Shown here: positions 1 to 12,476 of the stretch, piece after piece
How the letters are laid out: each line of letters begins with the position of its first letter
Numbering within the stretch: the first letter of the stretch is position 1
Source: Chiloscyllium plagiosum
Lineage: Eukaryota
Reading direction: 5' to 3'
Assembly: GCF_004010195.1 (NCBI RefSeq)
Contig: NC_057757.1
Span: 597,996-635,149, forward strand
DNA length: 37,154 bases
Notes under the pieces: generated by a model
What the model was told of the DNA's origin: nothing
The model's database searches: none
The model's input: only the letters and a program-made list of their open reading frames with translations
Program-made: the position numbers and the translations under genes

Positions 1-260
1 CCCAGGGTTATACAGTGACAGACCTGTCCCCACCAGTACTGTCCCCCAGTGTTATAGAGTGACAGACCTTTACCCACAAGTACTGTCCCCCAGTGTTATA
101 CAGTGACAGACCTGTCCCCACCAGTACCGTATCCCAGGGTTATACATTGACAGACCTGTCCCCACCAGAACTGTACCCCAGTGTTATACATTGACAGACC
201 AGTCCCCACTAGTATTGTACCCCAGCATTGTACAGCAACACACCTGTCCCCACGAGTACT
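1..260. repeat. 44-bp minisatellite, ~6 units (cccagtgttatacagtgacagacctgtccccaccagtactgtnc), running off the window start
   Basis: cccag(g/t)gttata-type unit starts at 1, 45, 89, 133, 177, 221 (exact 44-nt period). Confidence 0.95.
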
Positions 261-409
261 CTGGTGATAAACTGGGAGTGCTACCCAGTTTTTAGCAAGC
301 ATAGTCTAACTATATGTGGGATAAGTAGTGATGTGAACTGGTTGAGGTTTACAATGGAAGATCTGAGGTTGATGTTTTAAAGCAATCTGAATTTCCGTTT
401 CCCTTTTAG

Positions 410-493
410 CATATTGGGAAGTACCTCCAGGCAGAGGCCATCAAAAAGAACCGCCAGGACTTCTATGATGACTGGAAAGGATATTTCAAAATG
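410..493 (+). CDS. SENP3: SUMO-specific protease 3, internal coding exon ([28 protein letters not shown])
   Basis: ccttttag acceptor and ATG|gtgggt donor, phase 0/0; closely matches recalled human SENP3 [28 protein letters not shown]. Confidence 0.93.
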
Positions 494-660
494 GTGGGTC
501 GCCTGCAAATTCCGTTTCGGGAATTGAGTAGTTAACCTTCATGATATGTGAGGGAAGAGTCATGAAAGACTGTTTGTGGAGTGCCCAGGAGAAAGAACAA
601 GGAACTTACAAAAAAAGTCAAGAGATGAGACATGCTGATATTTTTCATTTCAAAAACAAG

Positions 661-847
661 TATTGGGTTAGCTACACAGTAAAGCTCACTCTATACTGTC
701 CAGTGCAAAAACTCCCAGGAGATGGACAGCACGGGGTTGCATACATGGTAAAGATTCATCTACACTGTCCCCAATCAAACACTCCCAGGACAGGGACAGC
801 AATGGGGTTAGTTAGAGTAAAGGTCTCTCCACACTGTCCTCATCAAA
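661..847. repeat. ~70-bp tandem repeat (acactgtccccatcaaacactcccaggacagggacagcacggggttagatacagagtaaagctc...), left part of an array split by a LINE
   Basis: 2-3 degenerate units; the same unit resumes at 2160. Confidence 0.85.
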
Positions 848-848
848 A

Positions 849-1802
849 GGAAGGTTGCTTTTCAGACTGGAGGCCTGTGACCAGTGAGGTGTCGCAAGGA
901 TCGGTGCTGGGTCCACTACTTTTCAGCATTGATATAAATGATTTGGATGTGAACTTAAAAGATATAGTTAGTTAGTTTGCAGATGGCACCAAAATTGGAG
1001 GTGTAGTGGACGGAGAAGAAGGTTATCTCAGAATACAACAGAATCTTGTTCAGATGGGCCAATAGGCTGAGGATTAGCAAATGGAGTTTAATTTAGATAA
1101 ATGCAAGGTGCTGTATTTTGGAAAGGCAAATCAGGACAGGACTTAGACATTTAATGGTAAGGTCCTGGGGAGTGTTGCTGAACAAGGAGACCTTGGAGTG
1201 CAGGTTCACAGTTCCTTGAAAGTAGAGTTGGAGATAGATAGGATAGTGCAGAAGGTGTTTAGTATGCTTTCATTTCTTGGTTAGAGCATTGAGTATGAGA
1301 GTTGGGAGGTCATTCGTTAGGCCACTTTTGGAATATTACCATTGCCATTCTGATCTCCTTCCTATTGACAGGGTTCAGAAAAAATTTACAAAGATGTGGC
1401 CGGGTTTGAGGATTTGAGCTATTGGGAAAGGCTGAACAGGCTGGGGCTGTTTTCCCTGGAGCGTCGGAGGCTGAGGGGTGACCTTATAGAGGTTTATAAA
1501 ATCATGAGGGACATGGATAGGATAAACAGACAAGGTTTTTTCCCTGGGGTTGGGGAGTCCAGAACTAGAGGGCATAGGTTTAGGGTGAGAAGTAAAAGAT
1601 GAAAACGGAACCTAAGAGGCATACAGGATGGTGCATGGATGGAATGAGCTGCCAGAGGAAGTGGTGGAGGCTGGTACAATTACACCATTTAAAAGACATC
1701 TGGATGGGTATATGAACAGGAAGGGTTTAGAGGGATATGGGCAAAGTGTAGGCAAATGGGACTAGAGTAATTTAGTCTGGTTCCATGCCGTACATCTCTG
1801 TG
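849..1802 (+). mobile_element. 5'-truncated, decayed CR1-type LINE (RT C-terminus and 3' tail)
   Basis: GCFSDWRPVTSEVSQGSVLGPLLF.I.INDLD and YWERLNRLGLFSLERRRLRGDLIEVYKIM are CR1 ORF2 motifs; stops and frameshifts present. Confidence 0.93.
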
Positions 1803-1832
1803 GGATCTTGGTCAGCGCACACTGATGACATT

Positions 1833-2064
1833 AGGAGAAAGTGAGGACTGCAGGTGCTGGAGATCAGAGTCGAGTGTGTGGTGCTGGAAAAGTACAGCAG
1901 GTCAGGCAACATGCGAGGAGCAGGAGAATCAACACTTCTGGCAAAAGCCCTTCATCAGGAAAGACGCACCTCATTCCTTACGAAGGGCTTTTGCCCAAAG
2001 TATTGATTCTCCTGCTTCTTGGATGCTGCCTGACTGCTGTGCTTTTCCAGCACCACATACTCTT
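1833..2064. mobile_element. Short palindromic PLE-terminal-repeat-derived element (family A), decayed hammerhead cores
   Basis: Arms ~1875-1961 and ~1974-2060 are inverted copies of the sequence that ends the PLE at 8440-8530; flanked by duplicated cactgatga (1820-1828, 2065-2073). Confidence 0.8.
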
Positions 2065-2104
2065 CACTGATGATGCTACCTAGTATGTTGACGAAACGTC
2101 TGAA
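2063..2104 (+). ncRNA. Minimal hammerhead ribozyme motif (PLE type), stem II decayed
   Basis: ttca-CTGATGA-t-gctacctagtatgttgac-GAAA-CGTC-tgaa: core boxes, stem I ttca/tgaa, palindromic ACGT stem III. Confidence 0.6.
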
Positions 2105-2159
2105 ACCAAACCTTCCAGCTCAGCAAACAAACTCATATCTAGCATCTTTATGACTCCGG

Positions 2160-2460
2160 GGACAGGATCAGCACAGGGTCAGATACAGAGTAAAATCATT
2201 TCTACATGTTCCCCCCCTCCATCAAACCCTCCCAGGATAGGGACAGCATGGGGTTAGTTACAGAGTAAAGCTCCCTCTACACTGTCACCTCATCAAACAC
2301 TCCCAGTACAGGGACAGGACAGGGTTAGATATAGAGTAAAGCTCCCTTTACACTGTCCTCCATCAAACACTCCCAGGGACAGGGGCAGCACGGGGTTAGA
2401 TACAGAGTAAAGCTATTTCTACACTGTACTTATCAAACCCTCCCAGGACAGGGACAGCAC
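2160..2460. repeat. ~70-bp tandem repeat, right part of the array (~4 units)
   Basis: agatacagagtaaa-like unit marker at ~2181, 2257, 2327, 2398. Confidence 0.9.
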
Positions 2461-3004
2461 ACTTCCAGGATGATTACAGCAGTGTTCAATATAGAATAGA
2501 GTCTTAGCTTTTAACCTGAGAAACCCAGGTGAAGACACAGGAACCTGAATGCTGTAAGGGCTCCCTCAAATATCCCGCCATTACCTCTCCAAATCTTTTC
2601 TGTCTTTTCCCTGCATCTTTGTTTGTTCCTTTAACTGACCATTCTGCAGATACTGTAAAACTCAGCAGGACAAGGACATTTGTATCATTCATGTCTCTGG
2701 GCTTGGAGATGGGGTATTGGATAAGCCCAGTTTGTGTCAAATTAAAAGCTGATCCAGTGCTGAAAGAGGCGACCCCCCCACATCCACACCCACACGCACC
2801 AATTCTCTGAGGAGTTGCTCACGAGACCGACTGGTATTTATCAGATGTCTTGTCCTTAGGTACTTTTTGACTGAGTGCTGTAGCAAGGTGATCTGCTTTC
2901 GGTCTGTGTGACTGAGAGGGTATAATTACATTTCAAACATTAAAGACTTCAAAAAAATTATTCAGCTTTTGAATTGTAGATAAAACATCAGTTTTGTGGA
3001 TTAT

Positions 3005-3510
3005 TAATTATTTGTGAGATGTGACTTGTCAACGAGAAGGCCAGCATGTATTGTCCGTGTGTAATTGACCTTGAGGATGAAGTGGTGAGTGATGTTCTTA
3101 AACCTCTGTGGTGTTGGTACAGCTGCCTTGCCCTTGTATAAAGAGTTGCAGCGTTTTCAGCCAGTGACTTGGAAGAAACAGGTGATATATTTCCAACCAT
3201 CTTTAACATTGTTGAATCCAGGCTGTAAAAAATCGGGAAGTTTCATTAATGTTGCACTCTATCCGATTTTAAAAAATAATGATTTAAGATGATTGGCAAA
3301 AGAACTAGAGACAGTTATAAAGAAACACTTTCTCAAACGACAAATTTGTTGTGATCTGGAATGCACTCCTGAGAAGGCAGTGGAAGCAGTTGTAATTTTC
3401 AAACGGACATTGGATAAATAATTGAAGGGAGAGAATTGACAGGGCAATGGGGAATGGGATAAATTAAATAGTTCTTTCACAGAATCAGCACCGACACGAT
3501 GTGCTGTATG
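3005..3510. mobile_element. Old LINE 3' fragments (minus-strand tail ~3005-3200; CR1 tail on + ~3310-3510)
   Basis: Similar to the LINE tails at 34400-34520 and 1640-1770. Confidence 0.5.
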
Positions 3511-4665
3511 ATCATTAATAAAACACTGCTGCACAATGATGTGGGCAAGGATTACAAAAAGAAATTTGCATGAAACGTTCTTTGCCCAAAATGAAAATAT
3601 CAACTTCTTAAAGCAAATAATTTCTTCCACTTTGGTGTGGATGGTTGGTCGGGCACGGTTTATTACTTGGCTGGAACTCTAACCACCCAATAATGATTGC
3701 CTTTTCAAATCGGGTTTTACTTACTCCGTCCTTTACAATATATTGTAACGACTGCTACTGAAAGAACAGTGACTGCTCCCTTCATTCCCTTCCTCCACAT
3801 CCTCTCAAACATAAAGAGTCATTGTCACAAGTGGTCAGCCTTTAACAGAAGATTCTGATGTCCGGGATACTGAGATTTTGATTTGGTTGCCAAGATGATG
3901 ACATTCAGTATCTTATAAGCTACATTCAAGTATTCCGTTCAGATGATATCCCTAATCAGTGATTACTCAAATGCATCTGGGGCTTCCCATGCCAGTTTGT
4001 TCCACCATCCACTTCCATATTTAATGAGCGTACATCCAACCTTCCCATTCTGGGGTTTGTGGTACATTTGTAGCTCCAGCTATTCCTGCTGTCTCTTGTG
4101 GATTTTGTTTTCTTTTGTAAAGGGAAGGGAGTGGTTAGCAGGGTAATTCAGCAATTGTGGGAAATGAATGTGTACTATATATCTCATCTTGTGGCAAGTT
4201 CCATTTGGGTATCTGCACATGGTGACAGTGAAATCTGGAGGTGACTATATGGCTGCAGCATCAGACTTAAATCCTCAAACACAATGGAGCATTAATGAGA
4301 GTGCTTTATCAGGATGAGGTTAGGCCCATTGTGAAATCCAGTGTTGTACCATCTATGTTCATTTAATCCAAGTTATTTTTAAAAGTAACAATTCTGTTGT
4401 TGGTCTGTTATTAATTGATCCATTAGCTTCCTGTTTCTACACACTGAGTCTGCTCTGCCATTCAATCATGGCTATATGTTTCTCAACACTTGCCTTTTCG
4501 CTCTAACCTTTGATTCCCTTACTAATCAGGAACCTATTTATCATTAGGAGGGATTTTAATATTTGTGATGTGCACTCACGAGTAATGTTCTCTGCATGTG
4601 TTATAAAGTTACTTTTGACTTTGGGATTGCAGCTATAAAGTAATTTGCTTCACTTTCCTTTTCAG

Positions 4666-4716
4666 AATGTCGCAAGGCAAAACAATGACAGTGATTGTGG
4701 AGCTTTTGTACTTCAG
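4666..4716 (+). CDS. SENP3: SENP3 penultimate coding exon with catalytic Cys (NVARQNNDSDCGAFVLQ)
   Basis: ttccttttcag acceptor and CAG|gtgtgt donor; Q-x-N-x-x-D-C-G Ulp1/C48 motif, identical to recalled human SENP3. Confidence 0.95.
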
Positions 4717-5998
4717 GTGTGTGAAACAACAGTTTGTTGATTAAAAAACAAATCCCTTCAAATCTGTTTGGCCACAACGTTAGATACTGGCTTTTCTATA
4801 TTTTGACTCCATCTGGCTATCTTGGTTCTACACGCCCATACAACAAAACTTTAAATGCTTCAATTAATTCATCCCGAGCTTTCAATTTTCAAGGGAATAC
4901 ATGTCTAGTGTATGTAACCTGTCCTTGTAATACAATATAATAACACTTAAGAAAAGACTCATTGGTCCATAGATCTTGTCTTCTGTTGCTGTTGTCTGGC
5001 CTGACTGCTTTTAGTAATAAAGGTGTCACACAGGTCCCTTGTTAATCCGCTACAATAATGCTGTTCAAATGCATTAAAACATGGGTTGTCAATGTCCTAG
5101 GTGAAATCTGTCAGGGGCAGCAGCCCATCAGTTTTGCTAGGACTGGTTGAAAATGACTTTGTTATCAGATTGCCTAATTGCTGTTCTTCTCAATCTCCCT
5201 TTAGCTGCTCCAGTAGAAGCTTTATCTCCAAAGCCATTGATATCTAGCCCTCATTCTTTTCAGGGCAGCTTGCTCTAAGCCAATAAAAATGCTTTTATTT
5301 AAGTATGATTTGTTGTCTGAGCAGTGAGTTGGTTAGGTTTGACCATATATTGATTTTACTCAAAGGGCATGCTTAGCTTCTTTTTGCATATTGGTATTTT
5401 GAGGTCGATCCACTTTTCATTAATGTATTAGCCCTGCCTTGGAGGACAACCACACCAATCTTCAAGTAATCTACAGTTTTTTGCAAATTTACACGTCATA
5501 TTAAAATCTGGTAGCACAACATTTTTGGCACCCCTGCTTTCAAACAAAGAACCATTGAAATGGTTTGGGGCAGAAAAATGGCCTCTCCGCCTATTGTACC
5601 ATAACAGTCCTTCAGATGCCAATCCAGGTACCCTTTAAACAAGCTGAGGGTTTAGGCCTTCACCACCAAACTGGGCAGTAAATTCCAAATACCCCACAAG
5701 TTCTCCTCATGTCTTTGTCTAATCCAAGTTCATTCTAATATTATGGTCACTGTTGTAAACGATAGCTACCTTTATTGACTGACTCGTCACTATTCTTTTC
5801 ACAAAAGCAAACTCCACATACAACAGCTCTGTTTCCCATTTGGGCCTGGGCAGTTATGAGCCTGGCTTATAGAAATGGTCATGTGTGCCATTATAAAGAT
5901 GGGCAAGGAACCTCTTGGACAAATGACTGCAGCATCCAACTAGTTAATAGTCTTTCACTGTAAGTAGAAGATGCCTGATGCAAAATGTTCAGAGCATA

Positions 5999-7150
5999 TG
6001 GTGGGCAAGTTGTTGGAGGGAAAGATTTATATGTATTTGGATAGGCAAGGACTGATTTGGGATAATCAACATGGCTTTGTGCATGGGAAATTATGCCTCA
6101 CTAACTTGATTGAGTTTTTTGAAAAAGTAATGAAGAGGACTGATGAGAACAGAGCGGTGGACGTGATCTTCAGGAAGGCATTTGACAAGGTTTCTCATGG
6201 TAGACTGATTAGCAAGGTTAGATCACATGGAATACAGGGAGAACTAGCCATTAGGATACAGAACTGGATCAAAGGTAGAAGACAGAGGGTGGTGGTGGAG
6301 GGTTGCTTTTCAAACTGGAGGCCTGTGACCAGTGGAGTGCCACAAGGATTGGTGCTGGGTCCACTGCATCTCGTCATTTATATAAGTGATTGGATGTGAA
6401 CAGAGGAGGCATATTTGGTAAGTTTGCAGATGACAGCAAAATTGGAGGTGTAGTGGACAGCAAAGAAGGTTACCTGAGAGTACAATGGGATCTTGATCAG
6501 ATGGGCCAATTGGCTGAGGAGTTTAATTTAGATAAATGTGAGGTGCTAGATTTTGGAAAGGGAAATCAGGGCAGGACTTAATGGTAAGGTCCTGGGGAGT
6601 GTTGCTGAACAAAGAGACCTTGGAGTGCAGGTTCATAGCTCCTTGAAAGTGGAGTCGCAGGTAGATAGGTTAGTGAAGAAGGCGTTTGGTATGCTTTCCG
6701 TTATTGGTGAGAACATTGAGTACAGGAGTTGGGAGGTCATGTTGCACCTATCCAGGACATTGGTTGGGCCACTTTTGAAATATTTTGTGCAATTCTGGTC
6801 TCTCTGCTATAGGAAGGATGCTATTAAACTTGAAAGGGTTCAGTAAAGATTTACAAAGATGTTGCCTGGTTGGAGGGTTTGACCTTTTGGGCGAGGCTGA
6901 ATAGGCTGGGGCTGTTTTCCCTGGAGTGTTGGAGGCTGAGAAGTGACCTTATAGCGGTTTTTTAAATCATGAGGGGCAAGAATAGGGTAAATAGATAAAG
7001 GTCTTTTCCCTGGGTTTGGGGAGTCTAGAACTAGAGAGCATAGGTTTAAGGTGAGAGGGGAAGATTTAAAAGGGACCTAAGGAGCAACGTTTTCACACAA
7101 AGGGTGGTGTGTGCTAGAGGAAGGGGTGGAGGCTGGTACAGTTACAGCAT
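5999..7150 (+). mobile_element. Decayed CR1-type LINE (RT), continuing at 8545-8615 after a PLE insertion
   Basis: NQHGFVHGKLCLTNLIEFF, FRKAFDKVSH, VTSGVPQG.VLGP, KFADD motifs across frameshifted ORFs. Confidence 0.95.
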
Positions 7151-7566
7151 CCAGTCCCTGTACACCTCCATACCCCATCACGAAGGACTCAAAGCCCTCT
7201 GCTTCTTCCTTTCCTGCCGTACCAACCAATACCTTTCCACTGACACCCTCCTTCGACTGACTGAACTGGTCCTCACCCTGAACAACTTCTTTTTCCAATC
7301 GTCTCACTTCCTCCAAACCAAAGGAGTAGCCATGGGCACCCGCATGGGCCCCAGCTATGCCTGCCTCTTCGTAGGATATGTGAAACAGTCCATCTTCCGG
7401 AGCTACACTGGCACCACCCCCCACCTTTTCCTCCGCTGCATCGATGACTGTATCGGCGCTGCCTCGTGCTCCCACAAGGAGGTTGAACAGTTCATCCACT
7501 TTACCAACACCTTCCACCCCGACCTCAAATTCACCTGGACCGTCTCAGACTCCTCTCTCCCCTTCC

Positions 7567-8240
7567 NNNNNNNNNNNNNNNNNNNNNNNNNNNNNNNNNN
7601 NNNNNNNNNNNNNNNNNNNNNNNNNNNNNNNNNNNNNNNNNNNNNNNNNNNNNNNNNNNNNNNNNNNNNNNNNNNNNNNNNNNNNNNNNNNNNNNNNNNN
7701 NNNNNNNNNNNNNNNNNNNNNNNNNNNNNNNNNNNNNNNNNNNNNNNNNNNNNNNNNNNNNNNNNNNNNNNNNNNNNNNNNNNNNNNNNNNNNNNNNNNN
7801 NNNNNNNNNNNNNNNNNNNNNNNNNNNNNNNNNNNNNNNNNNNNNNNNNNNNNNNNNNNNNNNNNNNNNNNNNNNNNNNNNNNNNNNNNNNNNNNNNNNN
7901 NNNNNNNNNNNNNNNNNNNNNNNNNNNNNNNNNNNNNNNNNNNNNNNNNNNNNNNNNNNNNNNNNNNNNNNNNNNNNNNNNNNNNNNNNNNNNNNNNNNN
8001 NNNNNNNNNNNNNNNNNNNNNNNNNNNNNNNNNNNNNNNNNNNNNNNNNNNNNNNNNNNNNNNNNNNNNNNNNNNNNNNNNNNNNNNNNNNNNNNNNNNN
8101 NNNNNNNNNNNNNNNNNNNNNNNNNNNNNNNNNNNNNNNNNNNNNNNNNNNNNNNNNNNNNNNNNNNNNNNNNNNNNNNNNNNNNNNNNNNNNNNNNNNN
8201 NNNNNNNNNNNNNNNNNNNNNNNNNNNNNNNNNNNNNNNN
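7567..8240. other. Assembly gap (674 N)
   Basis: Run of n. Confidence 1.
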
Positions 8241-8437
8241 CATCTTGTCTCAGTCAAATCCCTCGAACTCAGCACCGCATTCCTAACCTGCAATCTTCTT
8301 CCTGACCTCTCCGCCCCCACCCCCACTCCGGCCTACCACCCTCACCTTGACCTCCTTCCACTATCGCATTTCCAACGCCCCTCCCCCAAGTCCCTCCTCC
8401 CTAACTTTTATCTTAGCCTGCTGGACACACTTTCCTC

Positions 8438-8473
8438 ATTCCTGAAGAAGGGCTTATGCCCGAAACGTCGATT
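8438..8473 (+). ncRNA. Minimal hammerhead ribozyme motif in the PLE 3' terminal repeat
   Basis: CTGAAGA(8442-8448)-a-gggc ttat gccc-GAAA-CGTC(8469); core and stem II intact, stem I weak. Confidence 0.7.
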
Positions 8474-8610
8474 CTCCTGCTCCTTGGATGCTGCCTGACC
8501 TGCTGCGCTTTTCCAGCAACACATTTTCAGCACAGTTACAGCATTTAAAAGGCATATGGATAGGTACATGAATAGGAAGAGTTTAGAGGGATATGGGGCA
8601 AGTGCTGGCA

Positions 8611-8697
8611 AATGAAAGAAGCAAGAAGTGAACTTAGTCAGTTTTCTACATTGGCCATGTAGAAAACTGACTAAGTTCATTTCTTGCCTCTTTCATT
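8611..8697. repeat. Near-perfect inverted repeat: 41-nt arms, 5-nt spacer
   Basis: 8611-8651 vs reverse complement of 8657-8697: 39/41 identical. Confidence 0.95.
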
Positions 8698-9059
8698 CCA
8701 TTTTGGTTTGAGGCTGGATCCACCAGGCTAGCTCATGAAACTCTTTATACAATGAACTGATGTTAAACTCAGACCATCAGGAGAGCCAAGGTTTTTTTGG
8801 AGCGGAAATGAGCAGAATGCTTATTCTTATGTGGAAGAGCATTCACTATAGGTTGTCACTAAGGTAGTCACCTCATTACTACTGGAACTGGTTGAGGTGA
8901 ATAGAAGGGAACAAAGGATTACAATGGTCAATTTAAATGAGGGTAAATGGGAGGAGCTTTCAATGAGGTTGGGACTAGTTGGTGCCAAAGAGAACATAAT
9001 CAAAGTATTTAAAAACCTAAATGTGCAGCTTTGCTAAAGTTATGTATGTGTTGTTTCAG

Positions 9060-9170
9060 TTCTGTAAGTGTCTGGCTCTGGGACAACCGTTCAGCTTCAC
9101 CCAGCAGGACATGCCCAAGCTCCGGCGCCAGATCTATAAGGAACTTTGCAACTGCAAGCTGATTGTGTGA
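9060..9170 (+). CDS. SENP3: SENP3 last coding exon ([36 protein letters not shown])
   Basis: tgtttcag acceptor; matches recalled human SENP3 C-terminus [39 protein letters not shown] at 9168-9170. Confidence 0.96.
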   Translation, partial: FCKCLALGQPFSFTQQDMPKLRRQIYKELCNCKLIV

Positions 9171-12100
9171 AGAGCTTGCTCCCAGAAGTTGGTCGACACA
9201 AGCCTAACATTGGGTGACTGACCAGACAAACGCACCCTTTTGTGAACAATACGAAGACGGCACAAGTTAAGAAGGCTTGATTCAACAATTCTGGTCTTCA
9301 AATGTGTTGAAACATGAAATTTTTTTTCCCCTTTTTTAAACAAGCAAACTTTTTTTTTCTATGCCATATTTTTTCAATTATTTAAGTGTTGTTCAAATTT
9401 GAAATTCTGGTTACCTATGTTGTATTATTAAACCAGGATCACAGCACTAAACGGCTGCAATGGATTTATGTGAAGGCATTTGGGTATTTAGCATCTTTAA
9501 AGCAGTCTATTAGCTGGCCTGTGAACTAGGGGAGGAAGTGATTATGCAGGATCGGTGACTCTCCATGTGGACTGTCAGGTTTTAGTTCCAAGGCTTGTCA
9601 CTTGGGATTATTTTCTATGAGCTCTCAGTCAGCAGCTTACACAAAGTGGCTTGGTGCAGAGATGTCTCCCATTTTTGGGATTGTTAGGAGACCGAGCATG
9701 GTGCTGTCTGTTTTCTATGGCTACACTGACATTATTGCCCCCACATAGTCATGGAGAGGTTGTGGCCTACTGCTGTGGGGTAGGGTTAGGAGGGGAGTAA
9801 GCCGTCTTCGATACCTGTGAAGCTTTTGAGTAAAACAAAAGGTTGCATCTATTGAAATTCAGTCAAATTAACTTGAAAGTGATGGTTAGTCACTGTCCAA
9901 ATCCACCAAATCCTCTTAAAGACGTTGTTTGGTGTTTTGTTCTGTTTGGTGTCTTTTTTCAGTTTGTATGTTTTAAAAAAAAGCTGGGACTTAATATTGT
10001 GACCAAAATGTGGATTTGTAAGGCTTTTGGGTTTGCTTTTGAATGAAGAAGGAAAATGCAGTAGCCTGACACGATAAACCTCATGTACCTCACTAACTGC
10101 GTGTGGTAGCAATGTGCAACAGTGTGATGCCCCAACACCCATAATAAAAATCTGATTGGTTACATCATAACTCTCGCCAAGCATCCTTCTAAGTGTCCAT
10201 ACAGTTCAGTTTTAACATGTTAGTATTGTGTTTCTGTATGAAGAATATAGGGTGTTTAGTTGTGTTGGGGTTAGGGAGTTGATGGAATATCAGTTTTACT
10301 TGAAATCTTCGTTATCAAATGAATTCAGCATGATAAGCATTAAATGATTACCTTTTGCCTGTTCCCCATCTCACGCTACTTAGTATGGGTTTAAAAAATA
10401 AAATATTGGATAGCTTTTCATCTTTTATTTAAAGTTCCTGGTGTGAATTCAAAATGATGGTAGCATTTTGGCTGTGATTGCACTTGTTCATGTTTGCAGT
10501 CTATGGTAATGTCTGACCGATAGCTCCATCCCAGATTTAATTAATGAAATATGTTTTGTGGTGTCTTCTTTGCCAATCTGAACGCCAGTTCCTTGAACAG
10601 TTTGGGCATTGCTATCACCTCCTATTGTCACCCCCAAAGGCAGAGGTACAGAGCAACACTGCTCACTTTACCTTTTCATCCCCCGGGTTCAAGTTCAAAC
10701 ACACAGACCAAGAAAATGAAGGATTCTTCTGTCTGCTGCCTGCATAGCACTTCTGTAAAGCAAAGCAGAGAGACGTGAGCATGGGTGCTTACTTTTGAAT
10801 GAACAACCTCACTCAATCCAGAAATGGAAATGTCAGTAGGGATTGCTGTACCATGATAAAATTGAAGGGACTTCTCTTGGGACAGGGTTGAGGGAGCTTT
10901 GTTTGGTATAAGTCCATGCTGTATCTAACTTGTGAGTTCTTGATAATAGCTGCCAGTGGGAAAGTATTCCATCTCTCAGTACTGGAAAGCTCAATCATTG
11001 AAATTTAAACTGGTAGAAAGGCAGTGTCAGCTATTCTTGGAAAGTGTTCAGTACGTGTATTTAACATGCTGTGGTGTTTTGTGCATTTGCTGTTCAATCT
11101 GGCTGCTTCATGAAGGGAATGAGGGGTTTTAAAAGGCACGGAGTTAATCTTGAAACCCTATTATATCTAGAGATGGAAAGATGAAGGCTCAGTGAGATAA
11201 TTCAAAGGCCTAAGATTTTATTTTGGGCTAATTCTGTGCCAAAACTGATACTGATTTTACACCCCGTGTACTCTTCCAGTGACTATTTATTAATAAGCTC
11301 AGTTTTTGATTAGAGATATTAGTCAGATTCTATTGCCTAATTTTAGGGACTTTGGGAGATACGCCTCCTGCATTTTGAAACTCAATCATTCTGTGACCTG
11401 AATCTTCATAACACAAGTATTTCCTGAACTCCTCCAACGACATGGAACATAGTTCAGATGTGAATGTGGCAATCTTGTAGCTGAGTAGAAGAAAGCAACA
11501 GTTGGATGGTTGCAAACTTTTAGTCTGGTCTTTCATATGTTTTGTTAAGGGAGCAGGAATTTTCTTGGAGTTAAGGTTTTATATTCTGGGAGTAAACACT
11601 AGTGTTGACATTGTGGGGGGGGGGGGGGAGCTGGTGGTGGTGCTGAAATCTAGTCCGTCACAGTTGAATTATTTCAGGTTAATTGCCTCCATCTGAAGTA
11701 GTGAGCAATTGGTTTTAGACCTGGTGAAATGTAATGTATGAAACTGATTTCTGTCAGTCTTCCTCCCCATCCCTCTGCAGTTGTATAATACTCTGTCATT
11801 TCACTAAAAAGTGTGGTGATTCTCATATTGTTAAAATATAGAACCTTCATAGGAAAATCCATAAAATGAAAGAGTCAAATCTCTTGCTCGATTATTGGGG
11901 GGAGGGGGAGTGATTATTGATGGTTTGCATGCTTCCTCCTGCTCTTTCTCCAGCCCTCTCAAAATCTGGTCACATTTGCAAACATAACATTTGAAGCTGT
12001 GTCCTGGAGATTCGGTCTGAAACCTAAATACCTTATTGTGGAACTTACTTTGTCAGAATCAGTGGAATTGCTACTCACAAGTGAGTTGTTTTTTTTCAGT

Positions 12101-12470
12101 TTGTGTGTCAGTTGAATCTGCTACTAGTTGTTATGTGATAACTTTGTTGTGGAACAAGCAAACATGGAAACTATTTAAGGTGACAGAGATTTCCAGCACT
12201 TACTCTTGTAAGCAGAGATTTGGCTCACATTAAACCTGATTTGTCAGATAGTTTTTTCACAAGTAGTGTAACTTGTACCTGATTTACATCTGTAGCATTG
12301 CGTGCTTTAGTGAATTCAGCTCTGTAATGTTCACATCCATACAAAATGGTGTTGGGAGTGATGTTTTTGAAATATACAGTCAAGGAAGCTACTGTTTTGT
12401 CTTTGCCCTTTGAATCTGGAAGAGTGAGAACCATATATACTATTGTGTTAATTTGTCAAATCTCTGTCTA

Positions 12471-12476
12471 AATAAA
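12471..12476 (+). terminator. Candidate SENP3 polyadenylation signal (other AATAAA at 10143, 10397, 14311)
   Basis: AATAAA near the end of a long repeat-poor, U/GU-rich stretch; usage unknown. Confidence 0.35.

Larger units (their letters stand above)
7151..8531 (+). mobile_element. Young 5'-truncated Penelope-like retroelement (RT; middle in N gap) with 13-bp TSD
   Basis: IQSLYTSIPH, QTKGVAMGTRMGPSYACLFVG, FLRCIDD (YIDD>CIDD); acagttacagcat at 7138-7150 and 8532-8544. Confidence 0.9.

Noticed and set aside
1..260. CRISPR-like periodic array
   Set aside because: Head-to-tail 44-bp units with no unique spacers, in a vertebrate intron: a minisatellite
7104..8498. 464-aa ORF and other ORFs spanning the gap
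   Set aside because: Length is an artefact of the N run; only ~7151-7566 is real PLE RT coding sequence
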